NCBI GenBank assembly: GCA_038734945.1
Contig: JAVYOA010000009.1
Span: 372,001-436,000 of the forward strand
Direction: 5' to 3'
DNA length: 64,000 nucleotides
From: Fervidicoccaceae archaeon
Lineage (GTDB): Archaea > Thermoproteota > Thermoprotei_A > Sulfolobales > Fervidicoccaceae
Positions within the stretch are counted from its first letter, which is position 1, and every line of letters begins with the position of its first letter. The position numbers were made by a program, and so were the translations under genes. Below are positions 9,666 to 19,982 of the stretch, piece by piece. The notes beneath the pieces were generated by a model that saw nothing but the letters and a program-made list of their open reading frames with translations, was not told the DNA's origin and did no database searches.

Positions 9666-10442
9666 CTATTCACCAAACAATTTTTTAAATCTAACAGCAT
9701 CATCTAACATATACACATTGTTGAACAAAACATAAACCTTTTTCCCATTTTCTAGATACTTCAATACTATCCTCTTTAGCCTCTCGAGATCTTCATTTGT
9801 ATATTTGTACGCATAATTTACTTCCTTCTCTCCCAGACCATGAAGCCTCGTATATATTACATCATTCTCAACTAGCATACCCCTCTTGAGAACATCGGAG
9901 CAAATAACTACTCCCAAATCTGAAATTTTTTCGAGAAAACGGACATCCTCTGCATATGCTCCTCTGGGCTCCCAAACTAGCAAGATCCCCTCTCTTGAGA
10001 ACATAGACAGAGCATTTCTGAAAAACTCAGTTATATTTTCGAGATGTCCTAAATTGTAGGGCATCGATGGAGGGGTTTGAAGAATAGCTGCAAATGCTCC
10101 AAGCTCTTTCGCTTGAAAAAGAGAGAGCTTCAATGCTGTGAAATTCTCCTCAGTAGGCTTCAAATATCCGTAGTTACTCCTCTCCCCATCCTCTGGTAGT
10201 TTTTTGATTTTCTTCCAAGTAGGAGATTCGGGTGGGTGAGTAACAACCTGCCAAACTTTCATTGAAATTTTTTTCTCTTCTGGTTTCGCTTTTTTTATCG
10301 ACATTATCCTTCTTTTGCTGAGAAGGTCATAGAATGTCTGCTGCAATTCTACAATATCCACTTGTAAAAAAACACTTGCCATCGCCTTAGGGAAGCCGCA
10401 GACACCTATATCTGGCCTATTGCTTTTTTGTGTTCTATCCAA
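9666..10442 (-). CDS. DUF72 family protein
   Basis: IGVCGFP, VELQQTFY, LQTPPS, WEPRG, YTRLHG, YVLFNN. Confidence 0.9.
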   Translation of the reverse strand: MDRTQKSNRPDIGVCGFPKAMASVFLQVDIVELQQTFYDLLSKRRIMSIKKAKPEEKKISMKVWQVVTHPPESPTWKKIKKLPEDGERSNYGYLKPTEENFTALKLSLFQAKELGAFAAILQTPPSMPYNLGHLENITEFFRNALSMFSREGILLVWEPRGAYAEDVRFLEKISDLGVVICSDVLKRGMLVENDVIYTRLHGLGEKEVNYAYKYTNEDLERLKRIVLKYLENGKKVYVLFNNVYMLDDAVRFKKLFGE

Positions 10443-10851
10443 CCTTCTCTACCGGTTTAACTGTGACCATATATACTACATCGAGACTCTTTATTTTTTC
10501 TTCTACCATTTTTATATCAATATTGGGATCCAAAGGTTCAACTACAGCAGAGCACTCTCCTATTTCACCTCTCTTCACGGTGGAGCATTTTGAGATCAAT
10601 ACATCTAGCTTCATATCGCCCAGTACCTTGCTGAACTCAGCCAGTGCTCCTGGTTTATCCTGTAGCTCCACTCTGATCTCATATATATTTTCAGCGCTTC
10701 TTGTTATGGGAGTCAGTACAATTTCCTTCTTTTCGATATCAGCTATTATTACTAGATATTTTCCTTCGTGAACGTCCATGGCTTCCCTTATATACAATGG
10801 TATAGTTACTCTTCCCTTCGGATCTATCTTTACTATGCTCGTTAGCTTCAT
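10435..10851 (-). CDS. AbrB-like DNA-binding plus ACT-domain regulator
   Basis: KIDPKGRVTIPLYIREAMDV (AbrB) and DKPGALAE (ACT). Confidence 0.88.
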   Translation of the reverse strand: MKLTSIVKIDPKGRVTIPLYIREAMDVHEGKYLVIIADIEKKEIVLTPITRSAENIYEIRVELQDKPGALAEFSKVLGDMKLDVLISKCSTVKRGEIGECSAVVEPLDPNIDIKMVEEKIKSLDVVYMVTVKPVEKVG

Positions 10852-11061
10852 GGTATATAACCCCTCGTTTATTCAACACATTTATTCGTGTTAAAAGGTA
10901 TATAAACAATGAGGAACCTCCTTTCAAAACCTCTTTCTTATAATGAATTAATATTTACCTAGAAACTCTTCCATATTGGTAAGCATAATAGAAAACATCT
11001 TTGAAAAATCGTTAAAGCTTTAATGATCGTTATTACATTATTGCAAATTGGCGAAAAATCT

Positions 11062-12318
11062 ATGGAGCCCGCTTATGGTTCAATATTCAATAAAATTGAT
11101 GAATACAGAGAAGAAATTGTGAACTTTCTAAAAGAAATAATAAGGATCCCTGCGATTTGTCCTGATTATGGAGGAAAAGGCGAGTTAAGAAAAGCAGAGA
11201 GAGTTAAACAGCTTGTGAAGAGTTGGGGATTTGATGAAGTAATTGAGGTTAACTCAGTTGACGAGAGAGCCGAAGGAGGCATAAGACCAAACATAGCATT
11301 TCTTCACGGAAAAGGGGAGAGCAGGGTTTGGTTCATATCTCATTTAGATGTCGTACAACCAGGAGAAATTTCTAGTTGGACTATATCCAATCCATTTGAA
11401 CCGGTCCTAAGAGATAACAAGCTGTACGGCAGAGGATCGGAAGATAATGGACAGGGTATTGTATCAACTTTATTTTCTGCCAAAGCTCTAATTGAAACCG
11501 AGGCAAATCTAAAAAGACCTATTGGTGTTCTGCTAGTGAGCGATGAGGAATGCGGATCTAAATATGGCTTACAGCATGTTTTAAACAGTTCTCCCGATCT
11601 AATTAGAAAGAATGATCTCGTTGTAGTGCCTGACGCTGGAAGTCCCGATGGCTTATTCATTGAAATAGCGGAGAAATCCATTCTATGGCTTAAGTTCTCC
11701 ATTGAGGGAAAGCAGACGCACGCATCAACACCAAACAAGGGTTTCAATGCCCATAGAGTTGGGGTTCAACTCGCTTCAAATTTAGACAGAATTCTCAAAA
11801 ATAAGTACTTCTCTCAGAACTCTCTATTTGATCCTCCTGAAAGCACATTTGAGTTAACCATGGCATCTTCCAGCTCCAACTCACCAAATATAATTCCAGG
11901 CAGATACGAATTTGTGCTGGATAGCAGAGTACTTCCAGTTTATCCCTTGGATGAGGTGCTCCAGCTCATAAATAATGTAGTAAGCTACATCGAAAAAATA
12001 AATGAGGAAATTATTGACGGGGAAAGATTCCCAAAAATTAAAGTAGATATTCTTCAGAGATTTGATGCTCCCCCTCCAACTCCAGCGGATAGCGAAATTG
12101 TCAAATTGCTAAGGGAGTCAATAAAGATTGTGAAGGGCAAAGAGCCGAGGATAGGCGGTGTTGGTGGGGGGACTGTAGCTTCGTTTCTCCGAAAGAGGGG
12201 GATTCCAGCAGCAGTTTGGTCAACAATTGATGAAACAGCCCATCAGCCCAATGAATATGCTGTAATTGACAACATCCTGTCGGATGCTAAAGTCTTCTCT
12301 CTCCTACCTCTCCTATAG
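11062..12318 (+). CDS. M20 family metallohydrolase (DapE/ArgE-like)
   Basis: SHLDVV, GRGSEDNGQG, DEECGS, HAST, GGGT, AHQPNEY; ORF track starts at 11023, ATG 11062 preferred. Confidence 0.9.
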   Translation: MEPAYGSIFNKIDEYREEIVNFLKEIIRIPAICPDYGGKGELRKAERVKQLVKSWGFDEVIEVNSVDERAEGGIRPNIAFLHGKGESRVWFISHLDVVQPGEISSWTISNPFEPVLRDNKLYGRGSEDNGQGIVSTLFSAKALIETEANLKRPIGVLLVSDEECGSKYGLQHVLNSSPDLIRKNDLVVVPDAGSPDGLFIEIAEKSILWLKFSIEGKQTHASTPNKGFNAHRVGVQLASNLDRILKNKYFSQNSLFDPPESTFELTMASSSSNSPNIIPGRYEFVLDSRVLPVYPLDEVLQLINNVVSYIEKINEEIIDGERFPKIKVDILQRFDAPPPTPADSEIVKLLRESIKIVKGKEPRIGGVGGGTVASFLRKRGIPAAVWSTIDETAHQPNEYAVIDNILSDAKVFSLLPLL

Positions 12319-12417
12319 TTCACTATTTTTAAAATTAAAATCACAATACATAGAAGGAATTATAAAAAAAGAAAAATGTATAAACTTTTATATAAAGACC
12401 AGCTAGCGAGTGAAATT

Positions 12418-13980
12418 ATGGAAGAGGAAACCTTTTTTTCAAACTATGAAGAAAAATCAATGGAACCATTCTCTCTCCTATTTCTAGAGGAAAATTCATT
12501 GAGAGATGTAGCGGAACCGGGATTCTTCAGAGATCTGCTTCTAGATATAGCAGTAAACGAAATAGCTAGGGATGATGAAGATCTGAGAAAGCTCTTCTAT
12601 ATCCTTTTGAAGAGGAAAGAAGAAATATTGTACAGACAGGAGATCTTTAGAGATCTAGAAAACGATGAAATTCTCTCTATAATAAAAAACTTCCAAAGCA
12701 AAATGAAAGAAATTCTCAGATTTCGCAAATACCAAGAAGAACAATATGAATATCAGAGGGAAGGCATCTTTATCGAAAACGTCGAAACATATTGCAATGC
12801 TATAACAGAACTGGCAGAGGGTCTAAGCAGGGTTTCTCTAGCTTCAGAGGGCTTGAGAAAATTTAGCAAGTTTATTCAGTTGTATGTAAACTCTCCAGGG
12901 TTCAATGAATTGAAGAAAAAAGCACAAAGCATTAGTAAAAAGCTCACATCGTTGAATTTTTCAATAACTATCAAAGGAGATAAGGTTATTGTCCGAAAAT
13001 ATGAGGGAGAGATGGAATATACTAATGAAATAAGGATAGCATTCAGAAAATTTGAAAATGAAACAGAGACTGAGGATGTCTTCAAATCCTGGAAAAAGTA
13101 TCCAGGATACTATAATCATATTGAGGCAAATATTTTGCATTTGCTAGCAATTATATATAAAGAAGAGTTCAATGAATTGAAACTCTTTTATAAAAATTAT
13201 AAAAACTTCATACATCCCATGATATTGAAGTTTTTTGCTGAAATGAACTTCTATTTATCATATCTAGATTACATCGAACCCTTGAAAAAAATTGGAATGC
13301 ACTTCTCTCTTCCAGAGCTCGTCGAATCAGCAGAAGAGGTATCAGCTGAGAACACATTTGATGTTGTTTTAGCAAAAAAACAACTGGAGCAAGGAAAAAG
13401 AACCGTAGTCAATGACTTTCATTTTGAACCAGGAAAAAGAATTATAGTGGTTACTGGACCAAATTCTGGCGGAAAAACAACTTTCGCTAGAGCGATCGGT
13501 CAGATCCATGCATTGGGGCTTTTGGGTCTTCCTGTTCCTGGAAGCAAAGTCAAAATTCTACTCGCTGATGGGATATTCACTCATTTTGAGAGAATAGAGA
13601 GAGTTGAAAATCTAAGAGGAAAGCTTGAAGATGAGCTTATGAGAATAAAAAATATACTAAACAGCATTACCGACAGGAGCGTCATAATACTTAATGAAAT
13701 GCTGAGCTCCACTACGGTCTATGATGCCACATCAATAGGGAGAGAAGTACTTAAAAAAATAATTGAGAAAGGCTCTCTCTGTGTTTTCGTCACTTTTATC
13801 GATGAACTTGCTAGAATGGATGGAGTGAAGAGCATGGTGGCGCAAGTTGATCCGAAAGATCCAAGCATAAGAACGTTCAAGATTGTTCCGCAGGAGCCTT
13901 CGAGCGCAGCATATGCGTATGCTCTTGCAAGAAAGTATGGCCTCAGCAAGGAAGTTATAAGAGCGAGGTTGAGAAAATGA
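12418..13980 (+). CDS. MutS-family ATPase (MutS4-type), first of a tandem pair
   Basis: ILYRQEIFRDLE, VTGPNSGGKTTF, THFER, GKLEDEL, ILNEMLSSTT; no mismatch-recognition domain; alternative ATG at 12376. Confidence 0.85.
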   Translation: MEEETFFSNYEEKSMEPFSLLFLEENSLRDVAEPGFFRDLLLDIAVNEIARDDEDLRKLFYILLKRKEEILYRQEIFRDLENDEILSIIKNFQSKMKEILRFRKYQEEQYEYQREGIFIENVETYCNAITELAEGLSRVSLASEGLRKFSKFIQLYVNSPGFNELKKKAQSISKKLTSLNFSITIKGDKVIVRKYEGEMEYTNEIRIAFRKFENETETEDVFKSWKKYPGYYNHIEANILHLLAIIYKEEFNELKLFYKNYKNFIHPMILKFFAEMNFYLSYLDYIEPLKKIGMHFSLPELVESAEEVSAENTFDVVLAKKQLEQGKRTVVNDFHFEPGKRIIVVTGPNSGGKTTFARAIGQIHALGLLGLPVPGSKVKILLADGIFTHFERIERVENLRGKLEDELMRIKNILNSITDRSVIILNEMLSSTTVYDATSIGREVLKKIIEKGSLCVFVTFIDELARMDGVKSMVAQVDPKDPSIRTFKIVPQEPSSAAYAYALARKYGLSKEVIRARLRK

Positions 13981-15440
13981 TTCCCGGTTTGATGTATAGA
14001 GATAAGACGTTTGAAAAGAATGTGCAATTTGATTCTGAAAACCTTGTTATTGACCTAGGGCTCGACATAATCATCAAGATAATGGGGGGAGGAGATGAAT
14101 TCATAGAGTCGATCTCTAAAAAAGTTCTACTATCTGGAGGGGAAGATGAGGAAACCGTTATATATAGACAAAAAGTTCTCCAGGATGCCATATCAAACTA
14201 TGAAACTGTTCTGGAAATGTATAAAATTGTCAGTGAAACTATAGAAAAAATCAGAAGCAGGTTCTTCATAACTGCTGTTCAACGCCCATCATATGTGCTC
14301 CACGAATCGATTACAATTCTCAATTTCTTCCTAGAGGCAATTGAGCGGATGAAAAGAGCAATTTCCTTGAAGGAGGGGAACTTTAGCTCTGATGGCTTTA
14401 AATCGTTCTTTCACATACTGCTAGAAGAGTTCAATCAAGATTATATTAATGAGTTGCGCACACATCTGAGGAACTTGGAGTTCGAAGACGGTGTAAACCT
14501 TAGGGGTGAAATACTAGGAGGAAATAGGCTCGGAAACTTCGTTCTGTTAGTACCTCGAGAAAAGAGCCGCTTGTCATTTCTTCACATCTTCGAAAGAGAA
14601 TATTCGTTTACACTGGCCCCAATGGATGAAGCAGGAGGTCAAATTCTCGAGGAAATGATTGATAGTGCAGTAGCAAACGTAGCATCTATCATAAAGGATG
14701 CTGCTGATAAAGCGCTTAAGTTCTTGCACAATGCTAAAACAGAGCTTGCATTTTATATAGGTTGTGTGAACTTGTACAGAAAGCTCAAATCAATGGGAGA
14801 ACCATTGACTTTTCCAAAAATCTCCAAAACCTTCAGATTCAAAGGGCTGTATGATATTGCTCTGAGCATATCGAACAATGGAAGGACTGTGAAGAACTCT
14901 CTCTACATTGATAAGCAATTAATAATAATAACAGGACCCAACAGCGGAGGAAAATCAACATTTCTGAGGAGCCTGGGTCAAGCCCAATTAATGCTGGGAG
15001 TTGGGATGTTCGTTCCAGCAGAGGAATATGAAGGTCCTCTATTCAGAGAAATCCACACTCATTTTAGAAGAGAGGAAAGCACGAAAATGGATGTGGGGAA
15101 GCTAGAAAATGAACTTGTCAATATAAAGAACATTGTGGAGAAAATGAACCCAAATAGCTTCTTTCTATTCAATGAACCTTTTTCCTCAACAAATGAAGTT
15201 GAGGGGAGTGAGCTGGCAAAGCAACTCATAGATTCTCTATTAGAAGGAGGAGTCGTTGTAGGAATTGTAACTCATTTTTACATGCTAGCGGAAAAATATA
15301 TGAGAGAACCAGAACTAGCAGCATTCTTGATAGCAGAGAGGAAGGAAGATGGAACAAGAACTTTCAGAATAATTCCAGGAAAACCCTCATACACCAGCTT
15401 CGCTAGAGAGCTCTTTGAGAGGATCTTCATGCATAATTGA
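13977..15440 (+). CDS. MutS-family ATPase (MutS4-type), second of a tandem pair
   Basis: YRQKVLQDAI, ITGPNSGGKSTFLRS, THFRREE, LFNEPFSSTNEVEG, VTHFY; ATGA overlap with the first gene. Confidence 0.85.
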   Translation: MIPGLMYRDKTFEKNVQFDSENLVIDLGLDIIIKIMGGGDEFIESISKKVLLSGGEDEETVIYRQKVLQDAISNYETVLEMYKIVSETIEKIRSRFFITAVQRPSYVLHESITILNFFLEAIERMKRAISLKEGNFSSDGFKSFFHILLEEFNQDYINELRTHLRNLEFEDGVNLRGEILGGNRLGNFVLLVPREKSRLSFLHIFEREYSFTLAPMDEAGGQILEEMIDSAVANVASIIKDAADKALKFLHNAKTELAFYIGCVNLYRKLKSMGEPLTFPKISKTFRFKGLYDIALSISNNGRTVKNSLYIDKQLIIITGPNSGGKSTFLRSLGQAQLMLGVGMFVPAEEYEGPLFREIHTHFRREESTKMDVGKLENELVNIKNIVEKMNPNSFFLFNEPFSSTNEVEGSELAKQLIDSLLEGGVVVGIVTHFYMLAEKYMREPELAAFLIAERKEDGTRTFRIIPGKPSYTSFARELFERIFMHN

Positions 15441-15525
15441 TTTTTGCATTATGCAGCGATAATCTAAGCTATATGCGAATTTCATAACCACATCAAAGTT
15501 TCAGAATAAAAAGATTCATGCTCAG

Positions 15526-15600
15526 TGGGCCCGCGGGGATTCGAACCCCGGACCTCCGCCGTGTGAGGGCGGCGTCCTAACCAAACTAGACGACGGGCCC
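15526..15600 (-). tRNA. tRNA-Val(CAC), intronless, CCA not encoded
   Basis: Reverse complement GGGCCCGTCGTCTAGTTTGGTTAGGACGCCGCCCT-CAC-ACGGCGGAGGTCCGGGGTTCGAATCCCCGCGGGCCCA folds as a cloverleaf. Confidence 0.97.
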
Positions 15601-15719
15601 TCCGATCAACAATCACTGCTAGTAAGGTCTAATAAGTATTTTCAGTCTTTATGCTTTTCTAGTTTGATCATCCCTTCAAGAAAAGGAATGCTTTTTTTAA
15701 AAAATATAAGCAATAAGAG

Positions 15720-16313
15720 CTACTCAAGCTGGTTCCAAAGATTCTCGTTTAGCCCCTTTATTTCTATTTTTCCAGAAAGCTTTTCCCTTATTGGTTCAGC
15801 ATCTCTCCATTCTTCCTCACTCAGTGGATCGCGACCTACCTTCGTTTTCAGCTCTTTTAGAAAATGCACTGCCTTTCTTCCCCCCTCTTCTGACTTTGGT
15901 ATGAACAACCATATGTGATAGATGATAGCCGGTCTAAAAGCCCTGGGAATTTCGGCGAAGAAGTCGAGGACAACGAAGTCATTCAATTCAACTCCATCTC
16001 TATATAGAACCTTTTTCATCATGGCCACAAGCACTCCTGTAGGTAGGAAAAAAGCGAGAGCAAGATTCTTAATGAGCGAGGAGATTGAAGCACTCATGCC
16101 TTTTGCTTCAGCAATTTTCATAAGCGATCTTTGTGCTTCATCTCTGCTAAGTTCTACGAAATTCAAATTCATTTTTCTGCATATATCTACCAGCGGTTTT
16201 CTTTTAACGAGACCCAGAGAAAATGTTTTTGAGGCCTCATCTATGAAGCCCTTGCTGAGAAATAGCATAAAAGGCTCTTCAGGATTTATACTCAATAAGA
16301 ATCCCTCAATCAT
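15720..16313 (-). CDS. Hypothetical protein
   Basis: 197-aa ORF with ATG and genome-typical composition; no motif recognised. Confidence 0.7.
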   Translation of the reverse strand: MIEGFLLSINPEEPFMLFLSKGFIDEASKTFSLGLVKRKPLVDICRKMNLNFVELSRDEAQRSLMKIAEAKGMSASISSLIKNLALAFFLPTGVLVAMMKKVLYRDGVELNDFVVLDFFAEIPRAFRPAIIYHIWLFIPKSEEGGRKAVHFLKELKTKVGRDPLSEEEWRDAEPIREKLSGKIEIKGLNENLWNQLE

Positions 16314-16427
16314 TTAACAGCATCAATAGTTTAAATATTTTTTGAAAAATAAAATGCATTAATATGTTAAAGCTGAAATTCTGGCTCCTCCTTTACTTCA
16401 TCCAATGCTTTTTAAAAGGATTGAAAA

Positions 16428-17858
16428 TCATATCAATTTCCAAGGATCTTTGATTATTTTTTCCTTATCCAGTCCCTCAACTTCTGGTATGTTGCCTTTT
16501 TTCCAGCTACCTTTTATCATATCATCCAGCATCCTAGCACTAAGCAGAGCGACTTCGGGGTCATTTATATTATAATCTACTACAATGAGATCTAAATTTT
16601 CATTTGACAGATCTAATTGCTCCAATAGTGCCTTGAGAAGCCTTCTGTCAGCTTGGGGATCAAACCAAGGAGTATCAGTCCTCTCAAACCTGATTTTCCC
16701 ATCTTCCTCATAGATCATTCTCTGACAATAAGCTCCAGGTGGAGCGTACTTTGGATTAGCCTGCGGATCATTGTCTATGATGCTAAATCCTCTGAGCGGG
16801 AATATCACAGCTGTTGGCCCCCTGCTCTGATTTAGCCTTTTTGCCATGATGCTTCCAACATAATAGAGCTCTTCCCCAGTAGCTCTGATCAAAGTCACAA
16901 GCCCTCTGCTGTGCTCATAGACGCATCTGCTTCTGAATTTTTCTGGAACTGTTTCTGGACCCCAGAAATTAATCATATCTACAGCACCAGGGAGAACTAC
17001 TTGAGGTATGCCTCTCTTCCCCCCTGCAGTGAGTCGAAGCTTGTTCTCTTCACTAGCATTGAGCACACCTCCTGCTACTTCATCAACTAGCTCATGGGTT
17101 GTAACGTCCAGAACTCCAATACCAAGACCGGACTCAATCAGCCTCTCCATGACATATCCACCTGTCTTCCCCAGAGCATGAAAAGGTATAACGTCATAGC
17201 CCATTTTCTGCAAATAATCCTTGGCCACAATAATGTGAGGCGTTGTATTTCCAAACTGCGTGGCAAATATTGTGGGCATTTGTCTGAATTCATATGGAAT
17301 TGGACGAGATGCTCCGATCACTGCTGCTGCTACTCTATTGAGAACTTCTGCTTCTATAGCATTTACCCTTTCTCCTCCTGCTAGGTCAGAGATGGACCAT
17401 ACGGGGACTATGTCTGAACCAGCTATGAGTGATCCTGCCTCAGTTATGACCGTGGTGACAATATACTTGGGTATAAACATAGGCAGCTCTCTCATGATAG
17501 AAGCAATTAATGACAATCCCGTGGAACCACCCAGCCCTACTATACCATCCAACTCTTTTCTAGCAAGCAATTCTCTAAGGATTTTCCTAGCTCCTTTTAT
17601 CATTATTTCCTGTGCTTTCGATCTATCAAGAGAGCTTACTTCCTCCATTGAAGAGCCTCCTGCATGGGCAACCTCTTCGTTGCTAACATCCGGCCTTCCA
17701 AGCTTCGGAACATACTTTCTCATAGATAGATCTATGAGAAATGCTCTGCCTCCATTTGACTCAACTCTTTCCTTCAAGTAATATCCTTCACACTCCTTAG
17801 TATCCAAGGTTACCAGTATTGCGATGTTCGGTCTCGCTCTTTCATTGCTCAACTTCAC
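16428..17858 (-). CDS. Tm-1-like ATP-binding domain protein (UPF0261)
   Basis: TLDTKECE, GLGGSTG, TQFGNTTP, FHALGKTGG, LDVTTHE, PGAVDMINF. Confidence 0.9.
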   Translation of the reverse strand: MKLSNERARPNIAILVTLDTKECEGYYLKERVESNGGRAFLIDLSMRKYVPKLGRPDVSNEEVAHAGGSSMEEVSSLDRSKAQEIMIKGARKILRELLARKELDGIVGLGGSTGLSLIASIMRELPMFIPKYIVTTVITEAGSLIAGSDIVPVWSISDLAGGERVNAIEAEVLNRVAAAVIGASRPIPYEFRQMPTIFATQFGNTTPHIIVAKDYLQKMGYDVIPFHALGKTGGYVMERLIESGLGIGVLDVTTHELVDEVAGGVLNASEENKLRLTAGGKRGIPQVVLPGAVDMINFWGPETVPEKFRSRCVYEHSRGLVTLIRATGEELYYVGSIMAKRLNQSRGPTAVIFPLRGFSIIDNDPQANPKYAPPGAYCQRMIYEEDGKIRFERTDTPWFDPQADRRLLKALLEQLDLSNENLDLIVVDYNINDPEVALLSARMLDDMIKGSWKKGNIPEVEGLDKEKIIKDPWKLI

Positions 17859-18712
17859 TGCACCTTTATCTTCACATTTTTGAATGCTCTGATTTGTTCA
17901 GATACTGCCCTTTCCGTTGGCAGTCTCTCAAATGTTGTTGCTCCAAAGAATCCGTGAATTCCCTTAACTCTTTCAGCTATGTATTTCCAGTCATCTATAT
18001 CTGATACAGGTCCTCCATGCACAAGGATAATAGCATCAGGTTTCTGACTTCTAGCTATTTCTGCCCACTCGCTCGCTCTCTTTGCTGCTTCTTCCAAAGT
18101 TATCGTAGTTCTAGCACCAATTGTACCCTTGGAGGTCAGCCCAAAGTGAAGAACCAATATGTCGGCACCCGCTTTCAACATAGCAGAGATATCATTTTCA
18201 TCAAATACATAGGGAGCAGTGAGCATATCAAGTTCATGAGCTATTCTTATGGCCTCAATTTCTTTATCATACCCCATGCCAGTTTCCTCAAGATTTGTTC
18301 TGAACAGAGACCCCTTATCAATAAGCCCTACAGTTGGAAAGTTTTGAACACCGGAAAAGCCCAATTCCTTCAAATATTGAATGAACTTCATCATTCGAGT
18401 TCCCTGATAGAAAGGATGGGTTCCAGTCACACCAGCCAATACGGGAGTTGCTCTAACAACGCTCAGCACCTCCGGAGCAAGATCAAGGAGCACCTCATGG
18501 GCATCCCCATATGGCATCAATCCAGCAAGCGAACCAAAGCCTGCCATTCTGTATCTGCCAGAATTATATATGATTATCAGATCAGCACCCGCGATCTCTG
18601 CCACTTTAGCTATTATACCTACACCTGCCCCGACCCCCAATATGGGTTCTCCTTTAGAAATCTTTTCATGCATTTTTTCCAAGATTATTTTTTTAGGTAT
18701 ATAATCTGCCAT
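17855..18712 (-). CDS. TIM-barrel signal transduction / PEP-hydrolase-like protein (Tm-1 C-terminal domain homolog)
   Basis: IIIYNSGRYRMAGFGSLAGLMPYGDA, GVQNFPTVGLID, HGGP, GFFGATTFERLP. Confidence 0.92.
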   Translation of the reverse strand: MADYIPKKIILEKMHEKISKGEPILGVGAGVGIIAKVAEIAGADLIIIYNSGRYRMAGFGSLAGLMPYGDAHEVLLDLAPEVLSVVRATPVLAGVTGTHPFYQGTRMMKFIQYLKELGFSGVQNFPTVGLIDKGSLFRTNLEETGMGYDKEIEAIRIAHELDMLTAPYVFDENDISAMLKAGADILVLHFGLTSKGTIGARTTITLEEAAKRASEWAEIARSQKPDAIILVHGGPVSDIDDWKYIAERVKGIHGFFGATTFERLPTERAVSEQIRAFKNVKIKVQ

Positions 18713-18952
18713 GATTATTACCGATTATAATTGCATATGAACTTATAAAAAAATTAAAGCCCCTTGTCTCTCTCCTTTTTCTGAACAGGATAGAATATTC
18801 TAACATTATAAAAAAACATTTAGAAGATCAAGGATAGCAAACAATCCTACTTAATATAATAATCAAATAGCTTCGTTCTTTCCTTTCCTGATTTCCTATT
18901 CCTATCTAAAAAGAGAAAGCTTTCAGCATTGTAAAAATTGTAAAATAGGAGG

Positions 18953-19975
18953 TCAGAGAAAAGCTGCTATTAACAATGAAGCGAAGCTCGTCATTGCAAC
19001 CAGGATATAAACAACAATTACTATTTCCTTTTCGCACAGTTCATCTGTAATAGTCAATATGTGAACGAGTGTTATTGGTGCCTCTTTGTTCAAATTAGCT
19101 CTAATAGTATTTCTCTCTCTATTTGGAACGGTTGGTCTTTCCTTCAGATTATGATGCTCAATTATTCCTTTTATACTGCTCAAAATTGTGAATCCATTGG
19201 CAACAATGGGCATTGCCGAAAGGGCCAAAAAGATCTCAACCTTTCCCCAAATTGCCACAAGGGCTAACAGTGTCCCCCAAGACAGAGATCCAGTGTCTCC
19301 GTTGAATGTTTTTCCCGGATGAAAGTTTCTCGGAATATAGCCTATTAGAGAGAGCAAAGCAATCGTAATAAGAACTATTGAGGAATCAAATCCACCATCC
19401 CAACTCAGGCCCCTTCCTTCAAGAAGAAAAATTGTTGCCATCATTGAACTTAACAGAATCATCGTTATTCCAGGAGCTATCCCTGTAAAGGTATCAGCCA
19501 TGTTTATAGCATTTGAGGCTACAGCAAAAATTACTGGAAGGAGCAAAGGATAAACAATTGTCATTCTAACATTCCCAATTACCGGAATGTAAACCCATGG
19601 AGCGTAGAGACCCAATGCAGCAACAATTATTCCAGGCACTGCAGTTAGTAGAACCTTCTCTTTTCCACCAAGCCTCTTCACATCATCATACAGCCCTATT
19701 AACCCTGCGATCCAAACCAGCACTGTTCCGACAACTAAATACCTCATTGAAATGGGCGTCCCCTCAATTTTTGCTCCTGCCATGTATAAAATTAGGGAAG
19801 CTGTCCATCCTAAGAGAAACCCCAATCCACCAGACTTGGGAAGATATCTTCCCTCCTCTTTGTGAGCATCCTCCCCTACAAGACCAACTCTAACTTCAAA
19901 GCGCTCAACTGCTCTAGTGAATATATTTGTCAAAAAGGGGGCAGCCAAAAGAGATAGGAAAAGAGAAATATACAA
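18953..19975 (-). CDS. UDP-GlcNAc:dolichyl-phosphate GlcNAc-1-P transferase (GT4/MraY family, AglH-like)
   Basis: DAHK..PKSGG, GLYDD, NAINMADTFTG, FNGDTG; multiple TM segments. Confidence 0.82.
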   Translation of the reverse strand: MYISLFLSLLAAPFLTNIFTRAVERFEVRVGLVGEDAHKEEGRYLPKSGGLGFLLGWTASLILYMAGAKIEGTPISMRYLVVGTVLVWIAGLIGLYDDVKRLGGKEKVLLTAVPGIIVAALGLYAPWVYIPVIGNVRMTIVYPLLLPVIFAVASNAINMADTFTGIAPGITMILLSSMMATIFLLEGRGLSWDGGFDSSIVLITIALLSLIGYIPRNFHPGKTFNGDTGSLSWGTLLALVAIWGKVEIFLALSAMPIVANGFTILSSIKGIIEHHNLKERPTVPNRERNTIRANLNKEAPITLVHILTITDELCEKEIVIVVYILVAMTSFASLLIAAFL

Positions 19976-19982
19976 AGCAATT

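Noticed and set aside
10852..15600. Integrated element at the tRNA-Val 3' end carrying the M20 and MutS genes
   Set aside because: No duplicated tRNA 3' end (att site) and no integrase found by eye; horizontal transfer remains possible, but no mobile element can be called
18017..18730. 237-aa antisense ORF (and the many other shadow ORFs in the track)
   Set aside because: Lies opposite a well-supported gene and has atypical composition
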